A stretch of 64,000 nucleotides of DNA. Source: a virus. The stretch covers positions 45,820 through 109,819 of IMG/VR virus record IMGVR_UViG_3300026484_000095, one strand, 5' to 3'. Shown here one piece after another: positions 10,182 through 19,727 of this stretch; positions within the stretch are counted from its first letter, which is position 1, and the number at the start of each line of letters is the position of its first letter. The translations under genes and the position numbers were made by a program. The notes under the pieces were generated by a model that did not search any database, had not been told where the DNA came from, and saw only the letters and a program-made list of their open reading frames with translations.

Positions 10182-11345
10182 AAGACTTTCGGATTTAGAT
10201 ATTATAGACGAGTGTAGAAGCTTAGGTCTTAAAGATATAGTTATCTATAGAGAGGAGTATAAGCCTCCGAGAGTGAGTTATATATGTACTTGTGGAGCTA
10301 AAGTCCAAAACAAAAATTGGTATAAAATAAAACACGAAAATCAATTTTTGTGTAAGGCTTGTTCTGACGACATAAGAAGTCAGGCTCAAATTAAATACTC
10401 TAAAAAAGTGATAAAAGGTAGGTTAAGTGAAGTTTCTAATGATAAACCCATAAAGATAAATGAGGGTATAAAGTCTGTTAGCGAGATACATTGTGAGTCT
10501 TGCAGTACTGTATACTATATTAGAAATGAGGAAATCTTTGCTTCTTACTTTAAAGGTCATCCTGATTGTTCTTATAAGCTGAAAATTAAATCTAAAGGAG
10601 AGTACTTCATAAAGGAATTATTGGATTCTTATAATATTAATTACTTACACAATAAATCTTTTAAGTCTTTAGGAATAGATAGTTTATTGAGATTTGATTT
10701 TTACCTACCTAATTTCAATTTAATAATTGAGTTTGATGGTATTCAACACTTCTCAAAAAAAGAATTAAAGAGGGTCGGTTATAACATAAATTCTAGTAAA
10801 TTTACAAGTAGAAAAGATTTATTCAAAGACCAAAGGCTAAGGGATTTCACTAAAAATCATCTTTGTTTAGATAATGATATTAATATACTTAGAATCCCTG
10901 CTTGGCATTTAGGTAAATTAAAAGAGATTCTACTTCCTATATTCACAAGAGAAGATGTAATTGAGGGCTTATATTACACTGATGATAGTTTCTATAAAAA
11001 AGGTTCAAGGAGATTAATATGAAGATAGAAATAAACACACCTGATGGGTGGCAAGAGGTAAGAAACTTCCAAGATAAAGGATTTCAACATAGTATAAGAG
11101 TGGGTTTCTTCCGACCTGATAATCGTGAGATTATTTATGTTACCTGCTCTATTATGCACAGATTCCTATTATCAACTGGAGAGTGGATAGAGGCTGATTT
11201 ACTCACAGAAGGTCATTTTATCCAATCTAAATGGGGTAATCTAAAATTTATGGCAAGAACAGATATGGGAGAACAACCTGTATATGACATAGAGGTAAAG
11301 CACCCTAATCATAGATATTATACAAATGGTATTGTTTCTCACAAT
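10089..11345 (+). mobile_element. Split intein with a free-standing endonuclease, inserted in the RecA P-loop
   Basis: IntN 10089-10178 (Cys1); IntC 11019-11345 (SIMH block B, VYDIEV block F, IVSHN|S); removal restores GPES|SGKTT. Confidence 0.9.
10174..11022 (+). CDS. Putative homing endonuclease (Zn-ribbon repeats plus PD-(D/E)xK / Vsr-DUF559-like domain)
   Basis: CxC/CxxC pairs; SKGE, LRFDFYLP, IIEFDGIQH, ILRIP; overlaps both recA halves. Confidence 0.8.
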   Translation: MGKRLSDLDIIDECRSLGLKDIVIYREEYKPPRVSYICTCGAKVQNKNWYKIKHENQFLCKACSDDIRSQAQIKYSKKVIKGRLSEVSNDKPIKINEGIKSVSEIHCESCSTVYYIRNEEIFASYFKGHPDCSYKLKIKSKGEYFIKELLDSYNINYLHNKSFKSLGIDSLLRFDFYLPNFNLIIEFDGIQHFSKKELKRVGYNINSSKFTSRKDLFKDQRLRDFTKNHLCLDNDINILRIPAWHLGKLKEILLPIFTREDVIEGLYYTDDSFYKKGSRRLI

Positions 11346-12521
11346 TCGGGAAAAACAACAATATGTTATCAGTCGATAGCAAGTGCACTGCAAAAGGGTT
11401 GGGTCGGTTGTATGTTCGATAATGAGCAGACTTTTGATAGTGATTATGCTCGTGCTTTAGGTGTAGAGATAGGAGAGAATTTTCAAGTGTTCCAACCTGA
11501 TGATGCCGAAGAAGCAGAAGCTATATTCAATGAACTAGTCGGTATTGGTAAAGATGGTAAAACAAAAACACCTCTTCTCCCTGATATGGATTTTATAATT
11601 ATTGATAGTATCACAGCTTGGGCACCTCGTAAATTGATGGCTATTGAAAATTCAACTGGTGAAGGTCAAACAAAAGGATTGCACGCCGCTTATTGGACTA
11701 ATTTCAGTCGTAAGTTACAGATAGCTATTAAAAAGAGAAAGATTGCTTGTCTATGCACTAATCAGGTTCGTAACAAGTTGCAGATGGGTGGCTCGTTTCA
11801 AGCACAAGCTATGAAAGACACTGGTATCGGTGCAGGTTTCAGTCAAGATGCAGGGTGGACTACAACTGGTGGTAATGCTCTTAGATTTTATATGTCTGTG
11901 AGAACTCTAATGTATCAAGCTAAGAAGCTGAAAGAGACGAGAGTTATTAGAGGTGTAGAAACAGATGTAGACGAAGCACATTGGGTGGAGTTCAAAAATG
12001 TTAAAAACAAAGTATCAGCACCTTTTAGAAAAGCTAGATTGGTTCTTAGATATGGTGTAGGAACTGATGATATTCCTCCTATGATGGAGTATCTTAAATT
12101 GAATGGTATCATAACAAATGCAGGTGCTAACTTGATGTATAAGTCAAGTGACGGTAGTTGTGATGTTAAAGAGTTCGGAGCTAAGAAGTTCGATAAGGCT
12201 ATGAAAGACCCTACTGTTGTTAAAGATATGAGAAAACAATATATAGCATTGAAAAGAGAAGAAGACCCTTATGCAGATGAAGATGAGGACATAGCAGTAT
12301 TCTCTGACGATGAAGATGGAGTGGAGTTCGACGAAGAAGAGGTTGATTTTGATGAAGTAGAAACTGATAATGAAATCGAAGATGAGGAAGAGGACAGTGG
12401 CTCTATAAAAGATTGGTCGTTAGCTGATTTAAAACAACTTGCAAAAGATGAAAAAATCAAAATCGTTGGTAAAGTAACTAAAGAGAAGTTGCTTAAAAAA
12501 TTGTTAAAAATATATGATTAG
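11019..12521 (+). CDS. recA: Split-intein C fragment (109 aa) fused to RecA C-extein with acidic tail and HEH-like domain
   Basis: HN|SGKTT, FDNEQ, IIIDS, TNQVR, TTGGNALRFY, VKNKVSAPF. Confidence 0.9.
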   Translation: MKIEINTPDGWQEVRNFQDKGFQHSIRVGFFRPDNREIIYVTCSIMHRFLLSTGEWIEADLLTEGHFIQSKWGNLKFMARTDMGEQPVYDIEVKHPNHRYYTNGIVSHNSGKTTICYQSIASALQKGWVGCMFDNEQTFDSDYARALGVEIGENFQVFQPDDAEEAEAIFNELVGIGKDGKTKTPLLPDMDFIIIDSITAWAPRKLMAIENSTGEGQTKGLHAAYWTNFSRKLQIAIKKRKIACLCTNQVRNKLQMGGSFQAQAMKDTGIGAGFSQDAGWTTTGGNALRFYMSVRTLMYQAKKLKETRVIRGVETDVDEAHWVEFKNVKNKVSAPFRKARLVLRYGVGTDDIPPMMEYLKLNGIITNAGANLMYKSSDGSCDVKEFGAKKFDKAMKDPTVVKDMRKQYIALKREEDPYADEDEDIAVFSDDEDGVEFDEEEVDFDEVETDNEIEDEEEDSGSIKDWSLADLKQLAKDEKIKIVGKVTKEKLLKKLLKIYD

Positions 12522-12741
12522 GGGGTATAAAATGAGAAAAGGTTACCATAAGAAAATTGGTTTAGATGGGTTGAAGCACCGTAAGGATATTATGCGATTG
12601 GAGAGCATAATCATACGATTAGGTTATAGTCATAATGATTATCGTATTAACTATTTCAATGAAAAAGCTGAGATGGTTATAACTAATCAAGAGCTACATA
12701 GAGATTTTAAAACAATTCGTAGAACATCTTACGGAGAGTAA
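12514..12741 (+). CDS. Hypothetical protein
   Basis: Short ORF in operon. Confidence 0.5.
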   Translation: MIRGYKMRKGYHKKIGLDGLKHRKDIMRLESIIIRLGYSHNDYRINYFNEKAEMVITNQELHRDFKTIRRTSYGE

Positions 12742-12742
12742 G

Positions 12743-13195
12743 ATGTCTTTATTTAGCTATGATGAAGTAAAGCAAAAGGAAGCTATTGAATCCTTTTATA
12801 ATGCTATTACGGCGGTCTTTAAACAAGCAATCATAGTTCCGAAATACAGAGAGGGTTTGTATGTTATACCCCTCTCAAAAAACAAATATGAAATCCCTGA
12901 AATAGATACTGTTGAGTTAATGAATGGGAACTATGATGAGTATATATCTCTTTTTATGGAGTTCAACTCTCCTATAAATATAAGTAATATATCTTATATC
13001 AACTCCCTATCTGATAATATATTAAATGATTCTAATTATCTACTAATTAAACAGCAAGTAGAAGCTAAGGTTGATGTTTTGGTAAGAGCTATCAGTTCCT
13101 CTTTTAAAGCAACTGCTACCGCCTCTATTATTGATATAATAGATAATGGCGAGATTCTTTGGCAATTAGAATTAACTATAAGGGTGGGAAGATGA
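12743..13195 (+). CDS. Hypothetical protein
   Basis: ORF with GGAG RBS. Confidence 0.6.
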   Translation: MSLFSYDEVKQKEAIESFYNAITAVFKQAIIVPKYREGLYVIPLSKNKYEIPEIDTVELMNGNYDEYISLFMEFNSPINISNISYINSLSDNILNDSNYLLIKQQVEAKVDVLVRAISSSFKATATASIIDIIDNGEILWQLELTIRVGR

Positions 13196-13923
13196 GTACA
13201 GTAAGGAAAAGACGAAAAAAGCTACAAATAACAAAAAATAATGTATATAATGGCGATTCTTTAAAGCTAGTAAAGTATATAAAGGATAATTCTATAGATT
13301 TAATTATAACAGACCCTCCTTATGAGCTTGATATAAAGGACGGTGTCAAAGAGTGTTCTATACATTCCATACAAAAGCATAATGACAAAGAGTTTTTAGC
13401 AATGTGTAGTGGGTTTGACATAGATGTCTACCTTAAGGAATGGAGTCGTGTCCTTAAAAAGATTAATATGTTTATATTTTGCAGTAGTCAGCAAATATCC
13501 TCACTTATGAAATGGGGCGAAGATAGAAATTATCTTGTTACCCTATTAACTTGGTGGAAATACAATTCTGTCCCTTTCTCCAATGGTGTTTATAGACCTG
13601 ATACAGAATACATAGTTCATATTAGAGAGCGAGGGGCAACCTTTCAAGGTAGTGCTAAAATCAAATCTAAAGTATTCAGAATCCCAACTGAAGTATCTAG
13701 GTTTAATCACCCAACTGAGAAGCCTATATTCTTTTATAAGAGATTCTTAGAGCTTTGTTCTAATGAGGGGGATTTAGTTTTAGACCCCTTTGGGGGTAGT
13801 GGCACATTAGCATCTGCTTGTATTGATATGGGTCGTGATTATATTCTGTTTGAGAAAAACAAGAAGCACTTTGAAACAATAAAAGAACGAATAGAGTTAT
13901 GTAGTTCTACTTGGGAGTATTAG
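13192..13923 (+). CDS. N6A/N4C DNA methyltransferase, intact paralogue of the 1855 gene
   Basis: TDPPY, HPTEKP, LDPFGGSGT; start placed at the ATGA overlap (MSTVRKRRKK). Confidence 0.9.
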   Translation: MSTVRKRRKKLQITKNNVYNGDSLKLVKYIKDNSIDLIITDPPYELDIKDGVKECSIHSIQKHNDKEFLAMCSGFDIDVYLKEWSRVLKKINMFIFCSSQQISSLMKWGEDRNYLVTLLTWWKYNSVPFSNGVYRPDTEYIVHIRERGATFQGSAKIKSKVFRIPTEVSRFNHPTEKPIFFYKRFLELCSNEGDLVLDPFGGSGTLASACIDMGRDYILFEKNKKHFETIKERIELCSSTWEY

Positions 13924-13924
13924 A

Positions 13925-15130
13925 ATGTATACTTTAAGAGCTAAGAATTTCCAAAGATATAAAAATGTTCAGATGGGTATAGATAATTTTACTGTTTTGG
14001 AAGGACCTTCATCATTGGGCAAATCAGCTATTGTTAGAGCTATTGAAGTAGCAACTAAAAATAGTTGGTCGGCTAGTTATGTAACACAAGGTCAGAAATC
14101 TACTTCTATTCAATTAACATCAGATGACTTCGATATTCAAGTAGCTAAGGGTAACAAGAACTCTTTTATCATTAAAACAGATAAAGGTTTAAAAGAATAC
14201 TCTAAGGCAGGTAAAGATGTTCCATCTGAAATTTTAGACTTAGGCTTCTCTCCTTTGGTAACTGGTTCAGATAATAAAATTGATTTAATGCTTTCAGGTC
14301 AATATGACCCTCTGTTTATGGTTAGCTATTCAGATATGTTGAATACCAACATATTAAATAGTGTTTTTGGTATATCAAAACTGGAAAAAGCTAATAGCTT
14401 AGTTATTAAAGATATTAGTGTAGCAAAGAAAGAACTTCAAAGAAATGTCAAGGATATTGAATATAAGAACAAAGAGCTTAACCGTAACAAAGAGTTACAA
14501 GAGCAGTTTTTAGTTATCAAAGATAAATACAGTAATGCAGAAGATATAGGGAGCTATCACGGGCTTAAAAATGATTATATCAAGGTAAAAGGTAGTCTAA
14601 GTGATTTAAAGAGCTTACAAGCTAATTATGATAAGTTACGAGAGCTAAGAGATAGTATTCATCTTATTAGTGATTTTATAGATGTATGCAGAGATATTGA
14701 TAATTTGAAACCTAAATTAGATAAAGCAACTAATAAAGTTAAAGCTATTGAAATTTTAGATGGTTTATACTCCATCTTAGATTACAATGATGTAGACCTA
14801 GATATTATCAGAGTAGGTATGGATTTAGATAGTTTAAAAAGTAAAACTGCACATTATAAACAGTCTGATGATTTACTACAAGATATATATCTTGTTAGCG
14901 ATTTTGTAGCTATAAATGAAGATATATATAAGATGACCACAAGCATATCGTTGAAAAAGGCAACTCTTGATTTAGCATTATTACAAGATTATCTATTGAA
15001 ATCAGATTTATTAAAAGTAAAAAGAAATGCTATAACTGGCATATATGGTAGTGTTAAGCAGATAGAGAGTGAAATATCCAATATAGGATACTGTCCTTGC
15101 TGTAATCAAAAAATAGGAGTTCATAAATGA
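13925..15130 (+). CDS. SbcC/Rad50 (gp46-like) N-terminal half
   Basis: KNFQ, Walker A GPSSLGKS, Q-loop region, coiled coil, ends at CPCC zinc hook; no Walker B. Confidence 0.8.
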   Translation: MYTLRAKNFQRYKNVQMGIDNFTVLEGPSSLGKSAIVRAIEVATKNSWSASYVTQGQKSTSIQLTSDDFDIQVAKGNKNSFIIKTDKGLKEYSKAGKDVPSEILDLGFSPLVTGSDNKIDLMLSGQYDPLFMVSYSDMLNTNILNSVFGISKLEKANSLVIKDISVAKKELQRNVKDIEYKNKELNRNKELQEQFLVIKDKYSNAEDIGSYHGLKNDYIKVKGSLSDLKSLQANYDKLRELRDSIHLISDFIDVCRDIDNLKPKLDKATNKVKAIEILDGLYSILDYNDVDLDIIRVGMDLDSLKSKTAHYKQSDDLLQDIYLVSDFVAINEDIYKMTTSISLKKATLDLALLQDYLLKSDLLKVKRNAITGIYGSVKQIESEISNIGYCPCCNQKIGVHK

Positions 15131-15621
15131 GTGAGAATACTAAGGTCGCTATTGAAGAAGTGAAAAAGCTACTTAGAAAGCAAGAGAAAATTCAAAAATG
15201 GCTGAAAAAGAATGGTAAACCTAAAAATCAAAACATTCAACATAAGATAGCTTTTGCTTATGCTGTTTTAGATTTTCTATACCATAATGAGTGCAGAACA
15301 CACAAAGCATTGCTACCTAACAGTATGTTCTTTAAAGACGGAAGTGTCGTAGCAAAAGGTATTGAAGATGTACTAAATAGAGATGTTCAATCTTTCGTGA
15401 AAAAGGTTAGAAGTGTAGCATTTAGAAACCCTGCACATTGGTTTCTTTTTAGAGTAGCACCTTCAAGAAGAGGTCAAGTTCTAGGGTTGGAGTCAAAGTA
15501 TGAAACCATCTCTAAGTTAGTAGGGAGACTATCTAAATCGGAGCTAGAGGATTTAGAAGACCTGATTCAAAATCGTTATGCAGTAGAGCTAACAGAAGAG
15601 GAGAAAAACTGTGAGAGTTGA
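15127..15621 (+). CDS. Hypothetical protein
   Basis: Translationally coupled ORF. Confidence 0.6.
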   Translation: MSENTKVAIEEVKKLLRKQEKIQKWLKKNGKPKNQNIQHKIAFAYAVLDFLYHNECRTHKALLPNSMFFKDGSVVAKGIEDVLNRDVQSFVKKVRSVAFRNPAHWFLFRVAPSRRGQVLGLESKYETISKLVGRLSKSELEDLEDLIQNRYAVELTEEEKNCES

Positions 15622-16672
15622 TATTTATAAAGATGGTATAGGTTATGTGACTGATGAGGTGTCTGAAATCCCAACTTATCTAGCAAATGCTAGTGAGGGA
15701 AATAGACAAAAGTTTGTTACAGACCTCGCCGCAGTAAGTCGTGGTAAGAGTTCAAGTAACAACCCTGCTCTGAGATACAAGAAGCTATTGAAAGAAGCCG
15801 CACCTAAGTTCAAAGGGCTAGATGGTTACAAAATTGCTATGGAGTGTATTAACGATAAAGTTTCAATGGGTAAAAGCCCAAGTAGACCTTTGGAGTTCTT
15901 ACCTATCATAGTCCATATATTCCTTGATGCAGGTGCAGTAACTATGTGGAAAACTAATTATAGTGATTCAGATGACCCTATCTTTGAGTTCAAAGATTTA
16001 GCAGAATTTAACAATAGCTTAGGTAATCACTCTTATTTAGAGAAAATCCCTGATGAAGATAACTTATATAGATGTTATACAAATATGAGAGCTATGTTAA
16101 ATGCAGGTGTTCCTTATGATAGTGTACCTTATGCGAGAGAGAGCGATTTACCTTTTTATAAAGAGTTCAAAGCACTTAAAGCAAGAGTTCCTATGTTTGC
16201 ATTTAATCATCTAATCACTCATACAGCATTATCAAAAGAAGCTCAAAGTGATAGAGTAACTAAAGATGGTGAGTATTGGTTACCTTCTGATTTAAGAAAA
16301 AGAGCCTATGAATATAATGATGTAGAGGATACCTCTTATAGAGAAGTCTATACTGAATGGACTGAAGTATCAGCTAGTATTTTATCTTTTGAAGATAGAA
16401 ATAAATTAGTTAGTAAATTACTGAGTTTATCTCAAAATGTAGTACAAGCTTATTTGAAAGCTCTTGGTTATGAGCAAGAGATATACCAAAGAGCTATGTT
16501 GGAGTTCAGATATAAAGAAGTTGTTATGACTGGTTGGTATAACAATCCAAAAACATTTAGACACTTTATGATTGAAAGAGAAGCATATCCTACTTTACAC
16601 GAGAGTTGGGTGCAAAATGAAACAAGATTGTTAGCAAACGGTGTTAGAGAAGTGTTAGAGGTTTCTTTTTAA
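15611..16672 (+). CDS. Divergent ThyX-like flavin-dependent thymidylate synthase
   Basis: AAVSR, SRPLEF, and THT-x7-S-DR in place of RHR-x7-S-xR; dTTP-pathway genes nearby. Confidence 0.6.
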   Translation: MRVDIYKDGIGYVTDEVSEIPTYLANASEGNRQKFVTDLAAVSRGKSSSNNPALRYKKLLKEAAPKFKGLDGYKIAMECINDKVSMGKSPSRPLEFLPIIVHIFLDAGAVTMWKTNYSDSDDPIFEFKDLAEFNNSLGNHSYLEKIPDEDNLYRCYTNMRAMLNAGVPYDSVPYARESDLPFYKEFKALKARVPMFAFNHLITHTALSKEAQSDRVTKDGEYWLPSDLRKRAYEYNDVEDTSYREVYTEWTEVSASILSFEDRNKLVSKLLSLSQNVVQAYLKALGYEQEIYQRAMLEFRYKEVVMTGWYNNPKTFRHFMIEREAYPTLHESWVQNETRLLANGVREVLEVSF

Positions 16673-16678
16673 AACATA

Positions 16679-16882
16679 TTGAGGTGTGTTAATATGAATG
16701 AGAAACTGTATAAGGATTATGTGAGGGTGTGTATAGAGAAAAATCTAACATACCCTCCTCTACAGGACTGGTTAAAAAGAATGGAGCATAAAGAGGTTAA
16801 AAAAGTGCGATATAAATCTGTTGAGACTTCTTTAGAGCAAGAGTTAGATGTAGCAAGGGAGTTACATAACTTATATAGATGA
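16679..16882 (+). CDS. Hypothetical protein, paralogous to the N-terminus of the next gene
   Basis: DYVRVCIEKNLTYPPLQDW vs DYLRICEEKGFTPTPEQEW. Confidence 0.55.
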   Translation: MRCVNMNEKLYKDYVRVCIEKNLTYPPLQDWLKRMEHKEVKKVRYKSVETSLEQELDVARELHNLYR

Positions 16883-16892
16883 GGATTTTGAT

Positions 16893-18188
16893 ATGGAAGA
16901 TAAGTTACACAAACTGTGGTTAGATTATTTAAGAATTTGTGAGGAAAAAGGTTTCACTCCCACTCCTGAACAAGAGTGGAAAGAGAGTAACAGACATAGC
17001 TTAAAAGGTGTCAAGGTTGCTAAAACAAATAAAGATGATTTGCTAGAAGAACCATTAGAAGATATAGAACAAGATGAGCCTTTAGTTATTTCTGAGTCTA
17101 AACCTACTGGTAGTAGAGTAGATTTATACATAGCTAAAGTAAATGAAATACCTGAGCATAAGTTGATGGAAGTTGCTAAGTATCTTAATGTTACTGTTCA
17201 GTATTTTAGAGATAATGCTATATCTATCTTTGGAACTAATTCTAGTATAAGAAATGCTATCATTAAGGCTTATCACTCTTGTGATAATATCTTTTGTGCT
17301 AAAAACATCAATGAGAGAATACAGCTAAGATTGAGTAACCAACATTTAAAAGCTGATAAGGTAGTAGAGCATAAACCTGAACAGCGAGAAGTAGAGGTTA
17401 GAGAAGATAGTAAACCGTTACCAAAAGAAGATGTTAAAAGAGAGGTCAAAGCTGATATTGTAGATGAGTATTACTCTATACAAGAAGCTATAGATAAGCT
17501 ACAAATTCAGAGAGCTACTTTATTGTTATATATCCGAAGAGAAGATATAAAAGGTTCTGTTAAGGACGATAAAGTTCTTAAAGCTGATATTGACAAACGA
17601 TATAATGATTTAGTAGCCAAAGGTAAGCTAGGTAAATTAGGTCGTAAGAAATTTACTAAACAATCTTCTGATAGTGTTCCAACTAAAAAAACAAAAGAGC
17701 AGATAGAAGAGCCAAAAAAAGTAGAGGTTAGAGAAGAACCAACAGTGCAGAGAACTATTTTAGATAGTGAAACAGTAGAACTGGTTTATAAGTCTGTTCC
17801 TTTTTCAGTAGCACTTAAAGTGTTAGGTGTAACAATGTTCACCTTAGTAGCTCAAATTGAAAAAGGTATAATCAGAGCTGACTATGATTTAGGTTTAGTT
17901 TCTTATCAAGATATATTGAGTAAAGCCAAATATAATCTAACTAGAAAGAATTGTAAAGTTAATCCTGACTTTCAAAAGATGCTTGATGGAGCTAGTATAT
18001 CTCATTTAGAAGATAAAAAATATATAGTTAAAGATGTCCATACTGTTGTTGAGGAAGTCCATACTGAGAAAGTAGTGTATAAAGATAAGGTCGTAGTTGA
18101 TAAGAAGTTTACTAAGGCTTATAAAAAGTTAAGTAAGAGAAAACAGAGATATTTCTACCATAAGATAATGGCTGAAGTATTAAAGTGA
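16893..18188 (+). CDS. Multi-domain protein with MerR/excisionase-like HTH segments
   Basis: YYSIQEAIDKLQIQRATLLLYIR; FSVALKVLGVTMFTL. Confidence 0.5.
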   Translation: MEDKLHKLWLDYLRICEEKGFTPTPEQEWKESNRHSLKGVKVAKTNKDDLLEEPLEDIEQDEPLVISESKPTGSRVDLYIAKVNEIPEHKLMEVAKYLNVTVQYFRDNAISIFGTNSSIRNAIIKAYHSCDNIFCAKNINERIQLRLSNQHLKADKVVEHKPEQREVEVREDSKPLPKEDVKREVKADIVDEYYSIQEAIDKLQIQRATLLLYIRREDIKGSVKDDKVLKADIDKRYNDLVAKGKLGKLGRKKFTKQSSDSVPTKKTKEQIEEPKKVEVREEPTVQRTILDSETVELVYKSVPFSVALKVLGVTMFTLVAQIEKGIIRADYDLGLVSYQDILSKAKYNLTRKNCKVNPDFQKMLDGASISHLEDKKYIVKDVHTVVEEVHTEKVVYKDKVVVDKKFTKAYKKLSKRKQRYFYHKIMAEVLK

Positions 18189-18201
18189 AAGGAGGTCAAA
18201 A

Positions 18202-18384
18202 ATGCAACGAGAACAACCTGATACCTCATTCTTAACAGCTTGGGGTCAAGTTACAATGTCTAAAGAAGATAGTAAATTAGCTCAAGCGAACTTCACTAAA
18301 ACATTAGAAAAATGTACTCCAAAGTTCATTGCTAAAATGAAAAGCCATAATATGCAATGCACTAAAATTAAAGTAAAAAATTAA
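18202..18384 (+). CDS. Hypothetical protein
   Basis: AGGAGG RBS. Confidence 0.55.
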   Translation: MQREQPDTSFLTAWGQVTMSKEDSKLAQANFTKTLEKCTPKFIAKMKSHNMQCTKIKVKN

Positions 18385-18429
18385 TCCTCTTACTCTTATA
18401 TAGCTATATGATATTAAAAAGGTATAGCT

Positions 18430-18699
18430 ATGAGAGAATGGATTAGAAATCTACTATTTATAAATAAAACTTCAACAAATATTATCTTTATGGGTCAGTT
18501 TATCAAAGGTGGTCTTACAAAGAACTCTGATAAATTTAAAATAGATGAAATCAACCGTCTTAAAGATTTGATAAAAGATTGTTCATCTAACTTCAATGTA
18601 ATCCATAAAGTTTATAACTACATACAAAATAAATCTTATTATAAGGGCTGTCCTGTGTCTATCGTTGATGGTATAGTAATAGTGCAAAAGGCTGTCTAA
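18430..18699 (+). CDS. Hypothetical protein
   Basis: ORF with RBS. Confidence 0.5.
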   Translation: MREWIRNLLFINKTSTNIIFMGQFIKGGLTKNSDKFKIDEINRLKDLIKDCSSNFNVIHKVYNYIQNKSYYKGCPVSIVDGIVIVQKAV

Positions 18700-18700
18700 T

Positions 18701-19717
18701 ATGGCAATTCGTAAAAAGGGATTGAAAGCAGACCTTAATGTAGGTGCTATATTTTTAAAAGACACTCATTTTAGATATGGCTTTAATGCTCCTAGTGGTA
18801 GAAAAGAAACATATTTTGAAGAGATAGACGATAAGGTAGATGATGTTATAGTTATCGGCAAAAAACAAAAATGTAAGACCTTAATTATATTGGGAGATGT
18901 ATTTGATATAAAACAACCTAGCCTATGGAGTTCTAAGGCTGTAAGAAAGACTCATAAAGTTTTAGCAAGGTTGAAATCTTGGTATGATAATATCTATACC
19001 ATAGCAGGTAATCACGATTTAATAGGTTCAGCAAGGAGTAATAAGAAAGATAGTATGTACTCTTATTTTGTTGAAGCAGGTCTGTTAAATGATATACACG
19101 GTAAATATATCAATCTTAGTGATAATGTTTATCTGACGGGATTAGATTTTAATAGTGATATTAAAGCTCTTAAAAGAGAGTTGAAACGAGTAAGTGCTGA
19201 AGCCAAGAAGTTAAAAATGAGGAACCCAAAAGCCAAGGTAATATGTGTATTTCACGAACATCTGATAGCACCTGAAGAGAGAGACAAAGTTTGGGGAGAC
19301 TCTTTTAATTATCGTTATGCAGTAGCAAATTATAAATATATAGATGTATTTTGTGCAGGTCATTACCATAAAGGGTATGCTACACAAATATACAGAGGTA
19401 AGATATTTATTAACCCATTTAATTTCAGTAGGTTAGCAAGAAGTCATTATACATTAGATGGTAGCCATATCCCTACTGCTGTTTATCTTAATATAAAAAC
19501 ATTTAAATATAAAGATATTCCTATTAAACATCTTCCATTTAACGATAGCATTAACATTGAGGAAATGCTACAAGAGGTAAGAGAGACTTTGGATATATCA
19601 AATTTTATAGATAATCTTGAGGATATAAACACTGATAGTGAGGTTAGCATTGATAATGTTTCAGACGAAGTTAAAGAAAAGATAAGCTATTACCTAGATA
19701 TAGCAAATAATAAATAA
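18701..19717 (+). CDS. SbcD/Mre11 (gp47-like) metallophosphoesterase nuclease
   Basis: DTH, LGDVFD, GNHD, FHEH, GHYH. Confidence 0.85.
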   Translation: MAIRKKGLKADLNVGAIFLKDTHFRYGFNAPSGRKETYFEEIDDKVDDVIVIGKKQKCKTLIILGDVFDIKQPSLWSSKAVRKTHKVLARLKSWYDNIYTIAGNHDLIGSARSNKKDSMYSYFVEAGLLNDIHGKYINLSDNVYLTGLDFNSDIKALKRELKRVSAEAKKLKMRNPKAKVICVFHEHLIAPEERDKVWGDSFNYRYAVANYKYIDVFCAGHYHKGYATQIYRGKIFINPFNFSRLARSHYTLDGSHIPTAVYLNIKTFKYKDIPIKHLPFNDSINIEEMLQEVRETLDISNFIDNLEDINTDSEVSIDNVSDEVKEKISYYLDIANNK

Positions 19718-19727
19718 AGGTGTAATA

